DNA from: Mytilus trossulus
Taxonomy: Eukaryota
Length of the DNA: 64,000 bases
Assembly (NCBI RefSeq): GCF_036588685.1
Contig: NC_086373.1
Coordinates: 93,062,001 to 93,126,000, forward strand
Reading direction: 5' to 3'
This document shows, piece after piece, positions 11,596 through 24,264 of the stretch. The notes beneath the pieces were generated by a model. That model did not search any database. It was not told the origin of the DNA and saw nothing but the letters and a program-made list of their open reading frames with translations. How positions within the stretch are numbered: the first letter of the stretch is position 1; each line of letters opens with the position of its first letter. A program made the position numbers and the translations under genes.

Positions 11596-12125
11596 AAAAG
11601 AGGGACGAAAGATACCAAAGGGACAGTCAAACTCGTAAATCTAAAACAAACTGACAACGCCATGGCTAAAAATGAAAAAGACAAACAGAAAAACAATAGT
11701 ACACATGACATAACATAGAAAACTAAAGAATAAACAACACGAACCCCACCAAAAACTAGGGGTGATCTCAGGTGCTCCGGAAGGGTAAGCAGATCCGGCT
11801 CCACATGCGGCACCCGTCGTGTTGCTTATGTGATTACAAATCCGGTAAATAGTCTAATTCGGTAGGTCAAATTCATGAAAGGGAGGGAGATTGTAGTTAC
11901 GACGTAAGGAACATATCCGATATCATTTGTGAAACGGTTATTTCATAACGGTCAACCAACTCGTGATGGCGGCCGTAAAATTTACGAAGGGATGATTTCA
12001 ACTTCACCATTTGGAACTCTTGGTTTAATAGCTTCCTTGTGAGCAGTAACCCTTTACCAAGAAAATCATGATAGGAAATACAAGCACGGGAATATCGTAT
12101 CAATTTGGAGATATATACCCGTATA
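11596..12125 (-). mobile_element. Penelope-like retroelement 3' fragment (RT thumb region plus 3' untranslated end)
   Basis: ORF 11897-12202 contains VYISKLIRYSRAC..YHDFL...LLLTRKLLNQ...KLKSSLRKFYGRH, typical of the C-terminus of Penelope-like RTs. Near-identical copies at 12411-12694 and 44263-44693. Confidence 0.8.
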
Positions 12126-12410
12126 CAGGGGCAAACTTCATGGAAAATTATGAGAGAATGAAATACAATATGAAAAATCTGAGACTTGTTTTTGGAGGTC
12201 AAACTGTGTTGTACTGTGTTGTGTTATTTTGGAATGCTATGAATAACAAAGAAGCTAAATTCATTCAAGTATGGACATCACATTATAGCAACTAATTACA
12301 TACCAATTAATTATGTCATAATAAAATTATCACAATTTGAAAGATTAATCATTCTTCTTTCTTTTGGTACCTCATTTAAAAAATTAAAAAAAAGGATGAG
12401 TGGAATTACA

Positions 12411-12694
12411 TTTCATGAATTTGACCTTCCGAATTAGACTATTTACCGGATTTGTAATCACATAAGCAACACGACGGGTGCCGCATGTGGAGCAGGATCT
12501 GCTTACCCTTCCGGAGCACCTGAGATCACCCCTAGTTTTTGGTGGGGTTCGTGTTGTTTATTCTTTAGTTTTCTATGTTGTGTCATGTGTACTATTGTTT
12601 TCTGTTTGTCTTTTTCATTTTTAGCCGTGGCGTTGTCAGTTTGTTTTAGATTTACGAGTTTGACTGTCCCTTTGGTATCTTTCGTCCCTCTTTT
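12411..12694 (+). mobile_element. Penelope-like element 3' end, inverted relative to 11596-11880
   Basis: Near-perfect reverse complement of 11596-11880. Confidence 0.8.
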
Positions 12695-13274
12695 ACATCA
12701 GTTTAAAGATGTCTGATTGGGGATGAAAAATATTTGTATTGTGCTATCTTAAACGAAGATGTGAAATAATAATTTTATCAAAACTGACAACTTGTTTATC
12801 CATTACACATGACTTGTTCTCATCGAGGGTTATTATTATAAAATAGTTAAATCATTATCAAATTAAACAAGTCAGTGAATGCTCGTATACTTCAACTGAA
12901 TAAACGCCTTTAGGTCTTCATAAATAATCTGTCTATCACAGAAAAAAGGTGTCCCATCCCGATTATTTCCACAGTGTTGTTTGCGTTAACATGAAATTTA
13001 ATTTTCGTCTACAATAACTAGCGCACAAGGACTTTACAACTATATACACATTACCATAGTCCCGTAAATGCTTATAAAAACTTATCTAAGGTTTAAAGGA
13101 ACAAAATATTTCAAACTGAAATACACGTCTTTTCGATTTAGCTATATGATTGAGTTAGAAAAGCAGGTCTGGAACGTGTCTGCTGAGTTAAAGCACTTGG
13201 GTGTTCCTGATTTAACGTTCATTGGCAAACATTTTATGAATGTTCAGAACGAAATCGCAATTATACATTGAAAG

Positions 13275-13581
13275 TATAAAAAAGAAGATGTGGTATAATT
13301 GCCATGAGACAACTGTCCACAAGAGACCAAAATGACACAGACATTAACAACTATAGGTCACGGCCTTCAACAATAGCAAAGCCCATACCGCATAGTCAGC
13401 TATAAAAGGCCCCGATAAGACAATGTAAAACAATTTAAACGAGAAAACTAACGGCCTTATTTATATAAAAAAAAATAATGAAAGACAAATATGTAACACA
13501 TAAATAAACGACAACCACTGAATTACAGGCTCCTGACTTTGGACAGGTACATACATAAAAAATGTGTCGGGATTAAACATG
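13275..13581 (+). repeat. High-copy interspersed repeat (AAGAAGATGTGGTAT...GAGACAACT family)
   Basis: Related copies at about 3149-3530, 22430-22745 (minus), 27779-28130, 56806-57105 (minus) and 57845-58095, plus many short fragments. Confidence 0.8.
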
Positions 13582-15088
13582 AACGGTTCTAGGATTTATG
13601 CACACATCACAATGGGTAGTTTCCAGGGAGAGGCGTTGAATCACTGCAAGTTATTTAAAGAGCCCTGGTATATGTTTTGAGGTCATTGTTTTTCCATTTT
13701 TTTGTTGGATTTTTTTTTTAATTTAGGTAGTATTAGGATTTTTTTATCCTATGTCTTGTGTGCCTTGTTATTCATTTTTTTCCGAGGGTTAAATACTTCA
13801 AAGCTGTAAACCAAATAAAGGGTGGGGTGAGCACAGTCTTCTATTTTTTCCCTCTGACAATTTTTTTTAAAGCAAAACAATTGTAGAGTTTCTCCTTCCA
13901 GCTGAAGGTATTATATTTTCACCTTTATAACGTCCCGTAATTCTTATATCTCTCGAAAAATCAAGCTTAACACGGTTGATAGCATGCTGTGTAATGTTCT
14001 TTGTTTTTCATGCATTCGAAGCTCTTTCCTTCATCAGGAACGCATAAAGCAACAGATTCATTTAATTTTAAATTTTGAACTATGGACACCTAACTCAACC
14101 GGTATGTTATCAATCTTGTCAGATCCGACGTACTGACCACTGATCTATCGAGTTCTTCAAATCTACTTTTAAGTATTGTCGTAGGTTGTAGAATGTAGGA
14201 CGACATGACTATATACCAGTAGGTTAAGTACTTTGCGGTTTTTCTCAGTAACTGTGAGCTTTTTTTATGCGATAATGTTTATTATTACAATTGCTTTTAG
14301 TTGTGTGAGCTTTAATATCGGTTTTAAAGAGATAAGTGCTTTTCCTGTTCTGAATTAAACTTTGTGTCCTTTTGTTCAGTTTTTGACAGGCTATTAATCG
14401 AGATGAAAATTGTGTGTTTGATTTCACGGCATTTCTTTGCTATATCTTATATTTTGTCATGTTGATGTTATCTGTTTAATTTTTTGACATCTTTTTATAT
14501 TGTGGGTGATTGAGACAATCACATGTTGTAAAGACCACTATATTTCGTTGAAGGCCATACGTTATCGTCTAGATATTCATGTTTTGTTCCATTTGGTTGC
14601 TGTCTCATTGGTGTAGAGCCAAAAGATTTTATTCATAATAGGACGTGAGGCATCACAAAAATTAGGTTTTGGATAATTACGAGCCAATCTAAATAAAATA
14701 TGTATCTCTGATAACGTTATTCTACATATGTATTATATTAATTAAAATATTGGTTTCTGATAACGGTATTCTACATTTGTAGTATAACGTAATCAGAGAT
14801 CAATATTTTGATTAGATTGATTACGAGCATATGTATCATTTATCTGAATCCATTGTAACCTTAACACATGTAGTTTGATTTAATGTACTCTGCTCTCCAG
14901 GATGTACATATACTATGTTACTGGTAATATTTTTGAACTGTAAGACCTGGAAATATTTGAAACACAGTTCTACTTATAATTAGAATTTATTGCATCAGAA
15001 CTACAATAACAGACAACAAACTAAAAACAACTTGACAAAAAGAAAGTAAAACTATATAATGTTTTAACATATCCTATGGATATTCCCT

Positions 15089-17089
15089 TTATATGCCAGT
15101 TTCACCTTGTTCGGTTTCTCCTGTGGGCATGTCTTCGGCGAGATCAATGTTCTCGTTTTCATTCATCTGAGATGATCTAAAAAAAATGAAGAATAAAATG
15201 AATTACTTAATAAAGATTGGAAACTCATGCAAGGTAAATAGTCTATCATGTTCTATGTTGTATCATGTGTACTATTGTTCGTTTGTTTGTCCATTTAATT
15301 TTAAGTCATGGCGTTCTCAGTTTATTTTCGATTTATGATTTTGACTGTCCCTCCGGTATCTTTTGTCCCTCTCTTGGAAAAACAACTAATGTTTTTAATT
15401 CATGTTTCTCCATATGGGGATCCCTAAACCCGCCTTTGAAGTTATTAATATGTACAACTTTCATAGTGATGAAACTATAATTTCAAAGTAAGAACAGAGA
15501 TAGAAATTAATCAAAAATCTTATTTATTTATCGAATGCCAAGGTAATTAAATCGTCTAGTGTGTCTTTTATGTCTTTTATATGTGCATTTATGTGTAGAC
15601 AATATAAGTAACTAAGAAAGGAGTCTACTGCATAAATTTGGAGAGGGATTACATGAGAACATCCTAAAAATAGTTTAAATTTGCTTTTAGAATTGTTCTG
15701 TACGGCAAGATATCTCATTTATCATTGGCTAATTCAATCGGTCGAAAAGAGGGAGATGAAACAAATCACATTGACAATACAGGCTCACTTACAAATTGTG
15801 TAATCTAATGTATATATCATAGTTCACAAGGCAGCCGAAAAGTACAATATAAAGTATTATTAAACATACCCTTCATTTTCTGGGAAGTGCATGGTATGCT
15901 CACTGCCACAACGGAAACATTTGCAGTAGCATCGTCTTCCAAAACTGGCTGATGCCCAGCCTTTACAGCTTCTGCCTCTACATTTAGATTTACATCTGGA
16001 AGCACAACTTGCTTCTGACTCATGAACTAAAATAAAATAAAACATAGGTGTATCAATGAAATATGGTAATGTTAGCAAATGCATTACAAAGTCATAAATG
16101 TTTGGCTATTTTAACTGTCATAATCTTTTGACCATTTGCTTAGCACTATTTTTAAAAGTATTTTTAATTGAAGAAGTAATAAGCACGGCTGGAAGAATAG
16201 CATAAACTTAAAAAACAAGAATATTTATTACTTATTTTCGCTAGTATAGGCTTCATTCGTAGAGATATATAATATTTGTTCATATTATTTTGTTAAATGT
16301 CATAAGTCTACATAAACATGAATCGAAAATGATATGTCTTGACAAAAACAATGTTTTGAATCAATGGAAGAACATTAAGGTTTTAGTCATGATGGAAACA
16401 TAAATTACGTGACAGGATAGATACATAACATAAGACTTGTCTTGCCTAGTCGTTAGTCTTTTCTGAAGTGTTTTGTAGACTGTGTTTGTCGTCGGTTTCG
16501 TGTTTAACTGTGGTATTTTCGTTTTTTTCTTCGACTTATATATTTCAATAATTTAATTTTTGATGTAACGCGTCTTCTGATTGACTGACGTTATTTTGTT
16601 ATTAGCGCATATACATAATTTAGTCATGTGACCGTGACGTCATCAACGTTTTTTCGTGGTTTTCTAGGTTTAAAATGGAATTTAGAAGTAAATTATAAGA
16701 AATGACTGTAATATTTTTTTCTGTCTATTCGAAATAACATAAAAATGTGGTGCACACTGTTAAATAACATATTACAGTCATTCCTTAATTGTAAAGTTTT
16801 TTTTTCTTTTAACACGCTTTTGTTTATTCATCCAGTCACAATTTAGTTTCTTCCTTCCACGCACTGTTTTGTTGATATTTCGCCCTATGCACACGCGTAT
16901 TCCAATCTATTGTATCATATTATCTTTTACGCTATCGTTCTTTATAGATTAAATGAAACACAGAAAGAACATAACAATTTACTCAGCTTTTGAAAAGTTA
17001 AAATGTCATTTAATTACAGAAACCAAAATTTTGTACATACCTATAAGAAGTACTGCAAGAGCAATAGCCAGGATAACTGCTACCTTCAT
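15089..17089 (-). CDS. MytlD: Mytilin A/D-type antimicrobial peptide precursor (97 aa)
   Basis: Coding exons 17089-17041, 16026-15870 and 15176-15089 have canonical splice sites. Translation: MKVAVILAIALAVLLIVHESEA | SCASRCKSKCRGRSCKGWASASFGRRCYCKCFRC | GSEHTMHFPENEGSSQMNENENIDLAEDMPTGETEQGETGI. CKGWASASF and CYCKCFRC are the mytilin A/D signature; the exact isoform name is tentative. Confidence 0.93.
16555..16790. repeat. Small inserted element in intron 2 with internal inverted repeat
   Basis: AAGAAATGACTGTAATA (about 16697) pairs with TATTACAGTCATTCCTTAA (about 16770). Contains TGACGTCA at 16635-16642. Not seen in the paralogous introns. Confidence 0.5.
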
Positions 17090-17477
17090 ATTGGATCTCA
17101 GTAACGTTGATATTAATCTGAAATTGAAAGGGATGTTAGAATGTTAGATTTTAAAACACTAGACTCTATGGATGTAACAAGTACGAAATATATAAAATAA
17201 ACAAAAAAAAATTTTAGAAAACGGTAAAGTCGAGAATTTGAAAAACAATTTGTGGTTTAAAGCTTAAATGCGATTTTCTACACCTGACTCAAAATCATAA
17301 ATCTAGAATACAGGTGAATAAATTATGCAGCTGATCTGAGAAATTCTACATGTTCAATTAGTTTCACGTTTCAGTGCTAACTAAATGAGAATCTTTTCTA
17401 AAGATTGTAACGTTTTGATTATTATAAAACCGCCGTTACCATACATTAATACAGTTTACTTTGACAAAGTTACCTAC

Positions 17478-17582
17478 CTTATGTATATAGTTCAGCAAGT
17501 CAGCAGGATGTGAAAGTAAATAGACAAATTAGAGGTTTTTATAGTATTTGATCCAGAAATAACGATTCCGGCGGACGGGCCG
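17478..17582 (-). promoter_or_regulatory. Exon 1 and core promoter of mytilin A/D-type gene
   Basis: Donor AAG|GTAGGT at 17477, TATAAAAA at 17543-17536, ATTCCGGCGGACGGG at 17565-17579. Confidence 0.8.
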
Positions 17583-19560
17583 GTTTCTATTTTGGTTTCT
17601 ATTTTGATGTCTACGACGGAAATACGTCTTGTTTTCGTACTGGTTTTTTTTTTCTGAAATCTAGGGCGTTGAAATCTTAAGTTGAACATAGAAAACACAT
17701 CAAAAATAAACGTTTATAATGAAAAATAATTCATCGTGTTTAAAGCAAAAATTTGACCTATAATTGTTAACGTATTATACATTACAATTTGTTATCCTAT
17801 AGACACTCATCCAAATCTTCGTTCAGTTGTATATCCACGAACGAGATTGTAACATTGAGAATTAATTTGGATTATTTGCGATATTCGTTATCTTTCTGTG
17901 AAAAATCTTAGCAACAATTGTAAATCTGAAGAAAGTAAAGAAAAAAAACCAAAATGGGACTGCAATCATTTAATCAAGGATCAGAACAAAGGCATGCTGA
18001 ATAAAACAACAACAAGAAACAAATACAACACATCAATCAGAAATATAAGGACAAGGCGAATCAAATCTCAAGTTATCTGAATAAACTCATCATAAATACC
18101 AGAATTGAAATTTTGTAAACAAGTTAAAAAGGCCAAATAAAGAACAAAGTTGAAGAGCTTTTTTAGACCAAAAAATCCTATTTTGTTTCCAAATACAGCT
18201 AAGGTAATCTACTCATAAAGTATAAAAGCCTTAGTATTTCAAATTAAAACAAGTCAGTAACTGTGCTTCGTTAAACACCTGATGAATTGCTTATCGGACA
18301 TGTATGATTTTTTTTTATTATAGTAACATATACAATATTAATTTCAGGTATCTCAGTAAAATTAACGAAAAAATGTTAATAGATATTTATTCATTATCAA
18401 AAACTTCATTCATTATAAAAAGTTAATATTCTTACTTGTAAAAACTAAACTAAAGTTCAAAGAACATTTTTTTTCAACTGTGATACACGTCTCTTCGAGT
18501 TGACCAAGTCGTTTTGAATGATTATATCTGAGATGACGCACGGGGAAAGCACCCAACGGTTTGTGGATAGACAACTAGAAGAAATTAATTTCTATCTAAT
18601 TCAGTTCCTTCAATAATTCATAATATTAATTCACTTAGAAACAAAAAACTATGTCAACGAGGATATCCAAATGCAATTTAGGCTCTCTTTAAACAAAGAA
18701 CATACTAGTAATATAAAACGAAAGTCAATAATATAAAAAAGACCATAGCACAATACAAGATGACGAGATAAATAAATACCGAGCATCGCAAAAAAGGTTA
18801 AAATAAAGATATATACAAAGAGAAATAATAATAAAAAAAAACCAACACTTTAGATGACGAACAATACCGTATTCAGATCGCAAGACTTTATCTCGACCAA
18901 TATGCTTCACAAGGTAAATAAGAGAATGTACAACGAAATTTGAACGTTAAAAGAACTAACCTCTATGAAATCAGCCAAAAAATTTGCAAAACAGAAGTGC
19001 TAGCAAAAAATAAAATAAAAATGAAATACAATATCAAAGAAGGATGAAATCTACTAAAAATAAGCTCAACGTACTTAACCTGCTAATTTGAAATCATGTC
19101 AAGCTTTAATCTAGTATTTTTATCTTATATAGTAACTCAATTTTTACGATATTTCTTGATGGTATGCAAGTCTAAAGTTCTTTACAAAAAACAACAATAG
19201 CGTTTAATATACTGGCGATCATATTCTACGAAAATAAGTAAAGCAATATGACATCAGATAAGGTATAACAAGACTTTTAAATTAGCATTTATCAGGAAGA
19301 ACACAGCATTGTTCTACTTCAGCAATACAAATATGTGGTGTATAAGTCAGGGGAACCCAATTGCACCCTACACGCCCTCTTCCACAAACAAACAAAAAAT
19401 GAAGAAAAAAAGAAATATTTCGAAAGAAAGTATCCAACAGCAATTAAAAGTTGACCGTTGAATAAAGCTTGTCCAGAAACTATCATCACTTAATCATCCC
19501 GTTTATATGTAACTGTACTATTACAGTCAGCATAGTACCCTTGTCCTAAAACTCGTATTT

Positions 19561-19690
19561 GTTTACTTGTTATGTTGACCCGGCTATTTGATGTTTTTGA
19601 GCCAATAAGTTTCCGATTGGGAGGAAATAAATGTTGCTGAACAAATAAATTGTATCCGGACAAGTAAATACGCAGTTTATAAGATTTGTA
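19561..19690. promoter_or_regulatory. Conserved non-coding block, candidate mytilin enhancer (copy 2)
   Basis: Paralogous to 5941-6075; about 2 kb upstream of the A/D-type promoter. Confidence 0.45.
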
Positions 19691-20213
19691 GTTGTGATGC
19701 CCTTTTAAAATAACCACATGAAAATAGATATAGGACAAATGTTAGATGTAAAAGAATGAAACTTCATGGAATCAATTGGTCTTAGAATGAAGGCCAGGAA
19801 ATGTTAACGAGATTATAGGTTCACACCCGCAGTGAAACATAGTTTATTGTTTCTTAAATATCACGAATTTTACACTTTTGCAGTTGCATATGTTTTTTTA
19901 AACAACTCTTCATGGAGCAGCGCATATTTCAATAGCATTTCAATCTTTGCAGAGCATAAAGTTTGTTACTGCAAGTCTCCACTGACTAAAGCCAATGATT
20001 TATTATCAAAGAAGTTTTAGTGCACAATAAATATGCATCTCAATAACTAAGTATTAAATTAAAACTGTTATTCAGCATTCGTGTAGCAGAAAACATTTTC
20101 ATATATCTTAGGTATATAATACAAGTTAAAAAGGAAGAGAATAGAATGTTAACAAACGTCCGAACAGAATATTATTCCAAACCTATACCAATGTTCTTCA
20201 TAAATCCGCCTCC

Positions 20214-20777
20214 TTACATCACAGTTTCACTTTGCTCGATTTCACTTTTCTGCGTATCCTGTAATTGGTCAGTGTTCTCATGGTCTTTTGTCTGTGCTTG
20301 CATCTCAGATGGTAAGAAGATAAAATAGGACGAAAAACAGAATGGAGGAACTAATAGAATTTCAAAATCGTAACATTTAGGATGTCAAAGTAGAAGTCAT
20401 AGCATATTACTGTCAGCCATTCTCTCTTTTACCCTTGTAAAGAATATTGTCACATCTGTTCATGATAGGTTTTACTGATATGGTGTGATGAATTCAACTT
20501 GTTGAAATCAACATGATTCTAAAAACCTACAAACTGATGTATGTTAAAAAAATTAACCAATGTTAAGCAGACAGTCAACACTACATAATTGATAGATGTT
20601 TTACTAGTAATTTTAATAGATCCTTCATTTTCAGAGACTTTCATGGTACGCTCACTGGCACAACTGAGACATCTGCAGTCGCAAAACCATACTTATCTGT
20701 ATGCCAATTTTATCTACATTGTCTAGCCGTCCATTGGTATTTATAACTGGAAGTTCAACTTGCATTTGAGTCCTGGA
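20214..20777 (-). pseudogene. Mytilin C-like pseudogene (exons 3 and 4 only)
   Basis: Exon 3 remnant 20777-20622 reads QDSNA S*TSSYKYQWTARQCR, a 1-nt frameshift, then *VWFCDCRCLSCASERTMKVSENEG. Exon 4 remnant 20313-20214 reads PSEMQAQTKDHENTDQLQDTQKSEIEQSETVM*. It has two stops, three lost cysteines and all three splice sites mutated; no exon 1 or 2 was found. Confidence 0.9.
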
Positions 20778-23700
20778 TATAAACAAAATATAACAGGTGT
20801 AAAAATACAAAAAAAAAAAAAAAAAAAAGCTGGAGGTTATTTTTATTATTTCAATGTATTTTTCATTCATGTTGAAAAGTCCCATATATTCATATTCAAT
20901 TATGTGTATACTTTTTAAAAGTATTTTTGATAAAACATTATATTCTTACAGGAAAACAATTACAAATATAATTGTCATTAGAGTTCTGTATTTTTGTTGT
21001 TTTACTTTTTTACACTACGTTATTTAAATAAGAAGTAAACTATAGTGGCATTTTTTTCTTACGTCATTTTCGATTTATGAGTTTGAATGTCCCTTTTGTA
21101 TCTTTTATACCCCTCTATGCTGTTTCAATATTCTTCAACTTAGGGGACGGTCAGATCCCTTATAAACATGTTTTATCTCTACCAGGTTCTATATGTGCAT
21201 TTTTAAGTTTGCAGTCTATTGTTTAGTGGTAGCTGGTTTTTTTTGTCCGTTTTATTTGTTTTCCTTGTTTTTTGTTTTTTTAATTATTCAGGCTATTGGT
21301 ATTCTCGTTTGAATTTTTACGTATTTGTCACGTCTGGCGTTTTATAGGCGGCTCTACGGTATGGGTTTTGCACAAGGATAAAGGTCGCTATTGACCTACA
21401 TCTGCTAACATCAACGTCATGTGGACTCGGAGTTCTTCAAAACAAAGTTTTACTCTGCGTGCCATTGTGTCTTTATTTATTCTACATTGACTGGAGGAAA
21501 TAGGGGGGGGGGGTATTTGAATCTCCCCAAAAAGGGCAATTCCCGCCTTATTTTTGAGCCTTCCCAAAATCAGGAGTCTTTGAATGTTGTTTTTAAACAT
21601 TTTTTTATTCATTTGTGGTTTTGAGTTAAGTGAAAAAAAAATTTCGACCTCGGGGTGTTTTCTGCTATTTGTTCGGGTTTATTATACAATTCCTATGTAC
21701 CATACAGATCTAAAAACTTCAAAAAACTAAAAATCGGAAATACAATACTCGGCAAATTAAGGACAATTTCCAAAAACTCCAAACCAGAACAATATCCATC
21801 GTATTATCCTTCGTATCGACAATAGTACGAGAAAAGTTTCCTTTAAATCATTTTAAATCAGAAAAAAGTATGCAGACACATAACTTAAACAACTAGAATA
21901 CGTACTTTAGTCGCGAAATTTTATCTTTATGTCTGTGCATCTGTTTGTTCGTTCGTTCGCCATATTACAAGTTGAAATAGTGATTTTAGGAAAGTTAAGG
22001 TTTTTTTGTTCAATTTTATTAAAGATTTAGTAAGTGTGATCTTAATGAAATGAAATTTTTACAATATTCCCGAAAATCAAACACATAAAACGAATTGAAA
22101 ACAACTGTCATTTTTCCTTACTCGGTACAGAAATTTTTCCATCGGATAGAGACATTTAATCCGAGGTTCAGTGGTTAGGGAGTACCACGATCTTTACACT
22201 ATAAAGATCCTTTTCATCAAACTCTTTTTGTGGTCTATACTTGAAAAAAATATTTCATATTGGTTTTGGATTTGATATATTTGTCTGTGGTTTATAATTT
22301 TACTATTTGGTAATTTGGTGTTCATGGTCTAATTTATGTTTATGATGAGATCAGCCTTTTTCAATTCATGTATTTGAGCGTTTCCTTTGATGTAGTATAT
22401 GTACACCATTGTTTCAGGTAAGGGTGAAGGTTGACGCCAGATGAAACGTTCAAACCCGTTGCATTTGTTTGTTCTTTTCCTAAATCAGAAACCTAATATT
22501 CAGTGATTGTTGATTGTTGATGTGATACATAAGTGTTTCTCGTTTTTATACTGATGATACCATTGTTTTTCCTGTTTGAATGGTTTTACACTTGTCATTT
22601 TTGAAGCCACTTATAGCTTGCTGTTAGGTGTGAGACAAGGCTTCGTGTTGAAGGCCATACATTGACTTATAATGGTTTTTATTTACAATTGTAACTTAGG
22701 CGGAAAATGTTATCATTTGCATTCATACTTCACCTCCTTATATATATTACCTTATGAAAAAAAGGTGGATTAAATCTTGTTTTATAGCTTATTAAACCTC
22801 TCACATAAAATGCAGTGGCATATAATTATGTCAAATTGAACAATGTGAGAGGATAACAAACAGACTTAATTGATGAAAATGTGTGATACTGCGAATTGAT
22901 GGTGTCCTACCGTCACATACTTTTACTTTTTACTTTTTCAGGGAAAAGCAAGCTTCATTAATGATCAAAACTAGTGTTTGTCAAACTGCTGTGTAACAAG
23001 TGTAATTTTTCTGATAAAATGGATGGTTCAAATTTTTTATATATTTTCAAAGGGTCAAAGTTAATGTTTGTCAAAATTTTATGAAAATTAAACGAGATAA
23101 ATTAATTTTAGTGAAGGTGTTCTGTACCACCCTAAGTGTGATATATCAATATTGAAAACATACAATACATGTCTCGATCCAAAATAAATAACGAATTGTG
23201 TACGTTTGTACGAATATTACATAAATTTGCTATAACAGACAAATGACCATTTTGTAGAGTGGGTTTGTATGACGAAATCAGTATTTTTCATATGCATTTT
23301 GGGTCCTACATGCTCTTCAATTTTGTACTTGATTGGCGTTAAACCTATTTTAATCAAAGCGTCATTGATGAGTCTTATGTAGATGTGTCAAATTATAATT
23401 CTTGTACCTTTGATAACTATAATCGTTACTTTTGTCTATATCCGATAATTAAAAACCTGGATCTGCAACCAAATTTGAGATTTTTTTTATTTTGAAAACC
23501 TAAATTGTTATCCTTGATTTGTTATCGCCTTTTGATTTTGAAATATGGAAAATTGAAATCAGAATAACCGAAAGTTATGAAATGTAAACTGCATGTTTTA
23601 AATTGAATCACGATGGTACGTCAGTAACTATTACGACAAAAAACTACTTATCCATAGATGTAAGGAGATGCGGTATGAGTGCCAATTAGAAAACTCTCCA

Positions 23701-24264
23701 TCCAAGTCACAATTTGTGAAATTACACCATTATAGGTCAAAGCAGGGAGTCTTGGATCACACAGAACATCAAGCTATAAAGTGCCGCCAAAATGACTACC
23801 GTGAAACCATTCAAACTGTAAATCAAAACAGTCTAATCTATATAACCATGCAGGTGTTTATGTAAATCTTTTCATTAAAAAAAAGATAGAAAAAACTCAA
23901 ACAGCTGAAGATGAAATATGGAACTGTTACATGTAATTTTCTTTTTAAACACTTGTACAACAATTGGGACATGTATGGTGTGTAAGTATGATATTAATAC
24001 CGACTGTTTCAGGAAAAGTATGCTACCTCAGCATTATTTCTATGTGTCCTACGTTCTAATTTGTCTATTATGATTGTCTCCCTGTATTTGACTAGCGTCT
24101 AAATCAATAACTGTTAAGTTGAAACACAATTTTATTTAGAATAACAATTACAGAAATCTAAGACATTTTATACAAGTGAAACGAAAGAGGAAAGTCTATA
24201 AACACATTTCGAATTTCACTCCAAAACAGAATGTGTATCAATGTCACTTTATCAGGCCGTCTAT

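Larger units (their letters stand above)
11259..12748. mobile_element. Non-autonomous fold-back DNA transposon with TTAA target site (Kolobok-like), containing two nested Penelope-like fragments
   Basis: TTAA at 11255-11258 and 12749-12752; termini GGTAGCACAATA / TATTGTGCTATC; long imperfect inverted arms. Flanks rejoin to match the paralogous sequence at about 18260-18400. Purine termini with TTAA suggest Kolobok rather than piggyBac. Confidence 0.75.

Noticed and set aside
11568-11813. 81-aa ORF MPHVEPDLLTLPEHLRSP...
   Set aside because: Lies in the non-coding 3' end of a multi-copy Penelope-like repeat, with no splice or domain support.
11259-12748. piggyBac assignment for the TTAA elements
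   Set aside because: Termini begin with GG rather than the CCC/CCY typical of piggyBac; Kolobok-like fits better, though no transposase is present to confirm.
15860-16084. Single-exon mytilin ORFs starting upstream of exon 3 (also 25604-25831)
   Set aside because: The apparent N-termini are intron read-through; the true signal peptides are on separate exons.
20652-20885. 77-aa ORF over the pseudogene as a rescued gene
   Set aside because: Out of frame with the cysteine array, depends on a poly-T tract, and the splice sites are destroyed.
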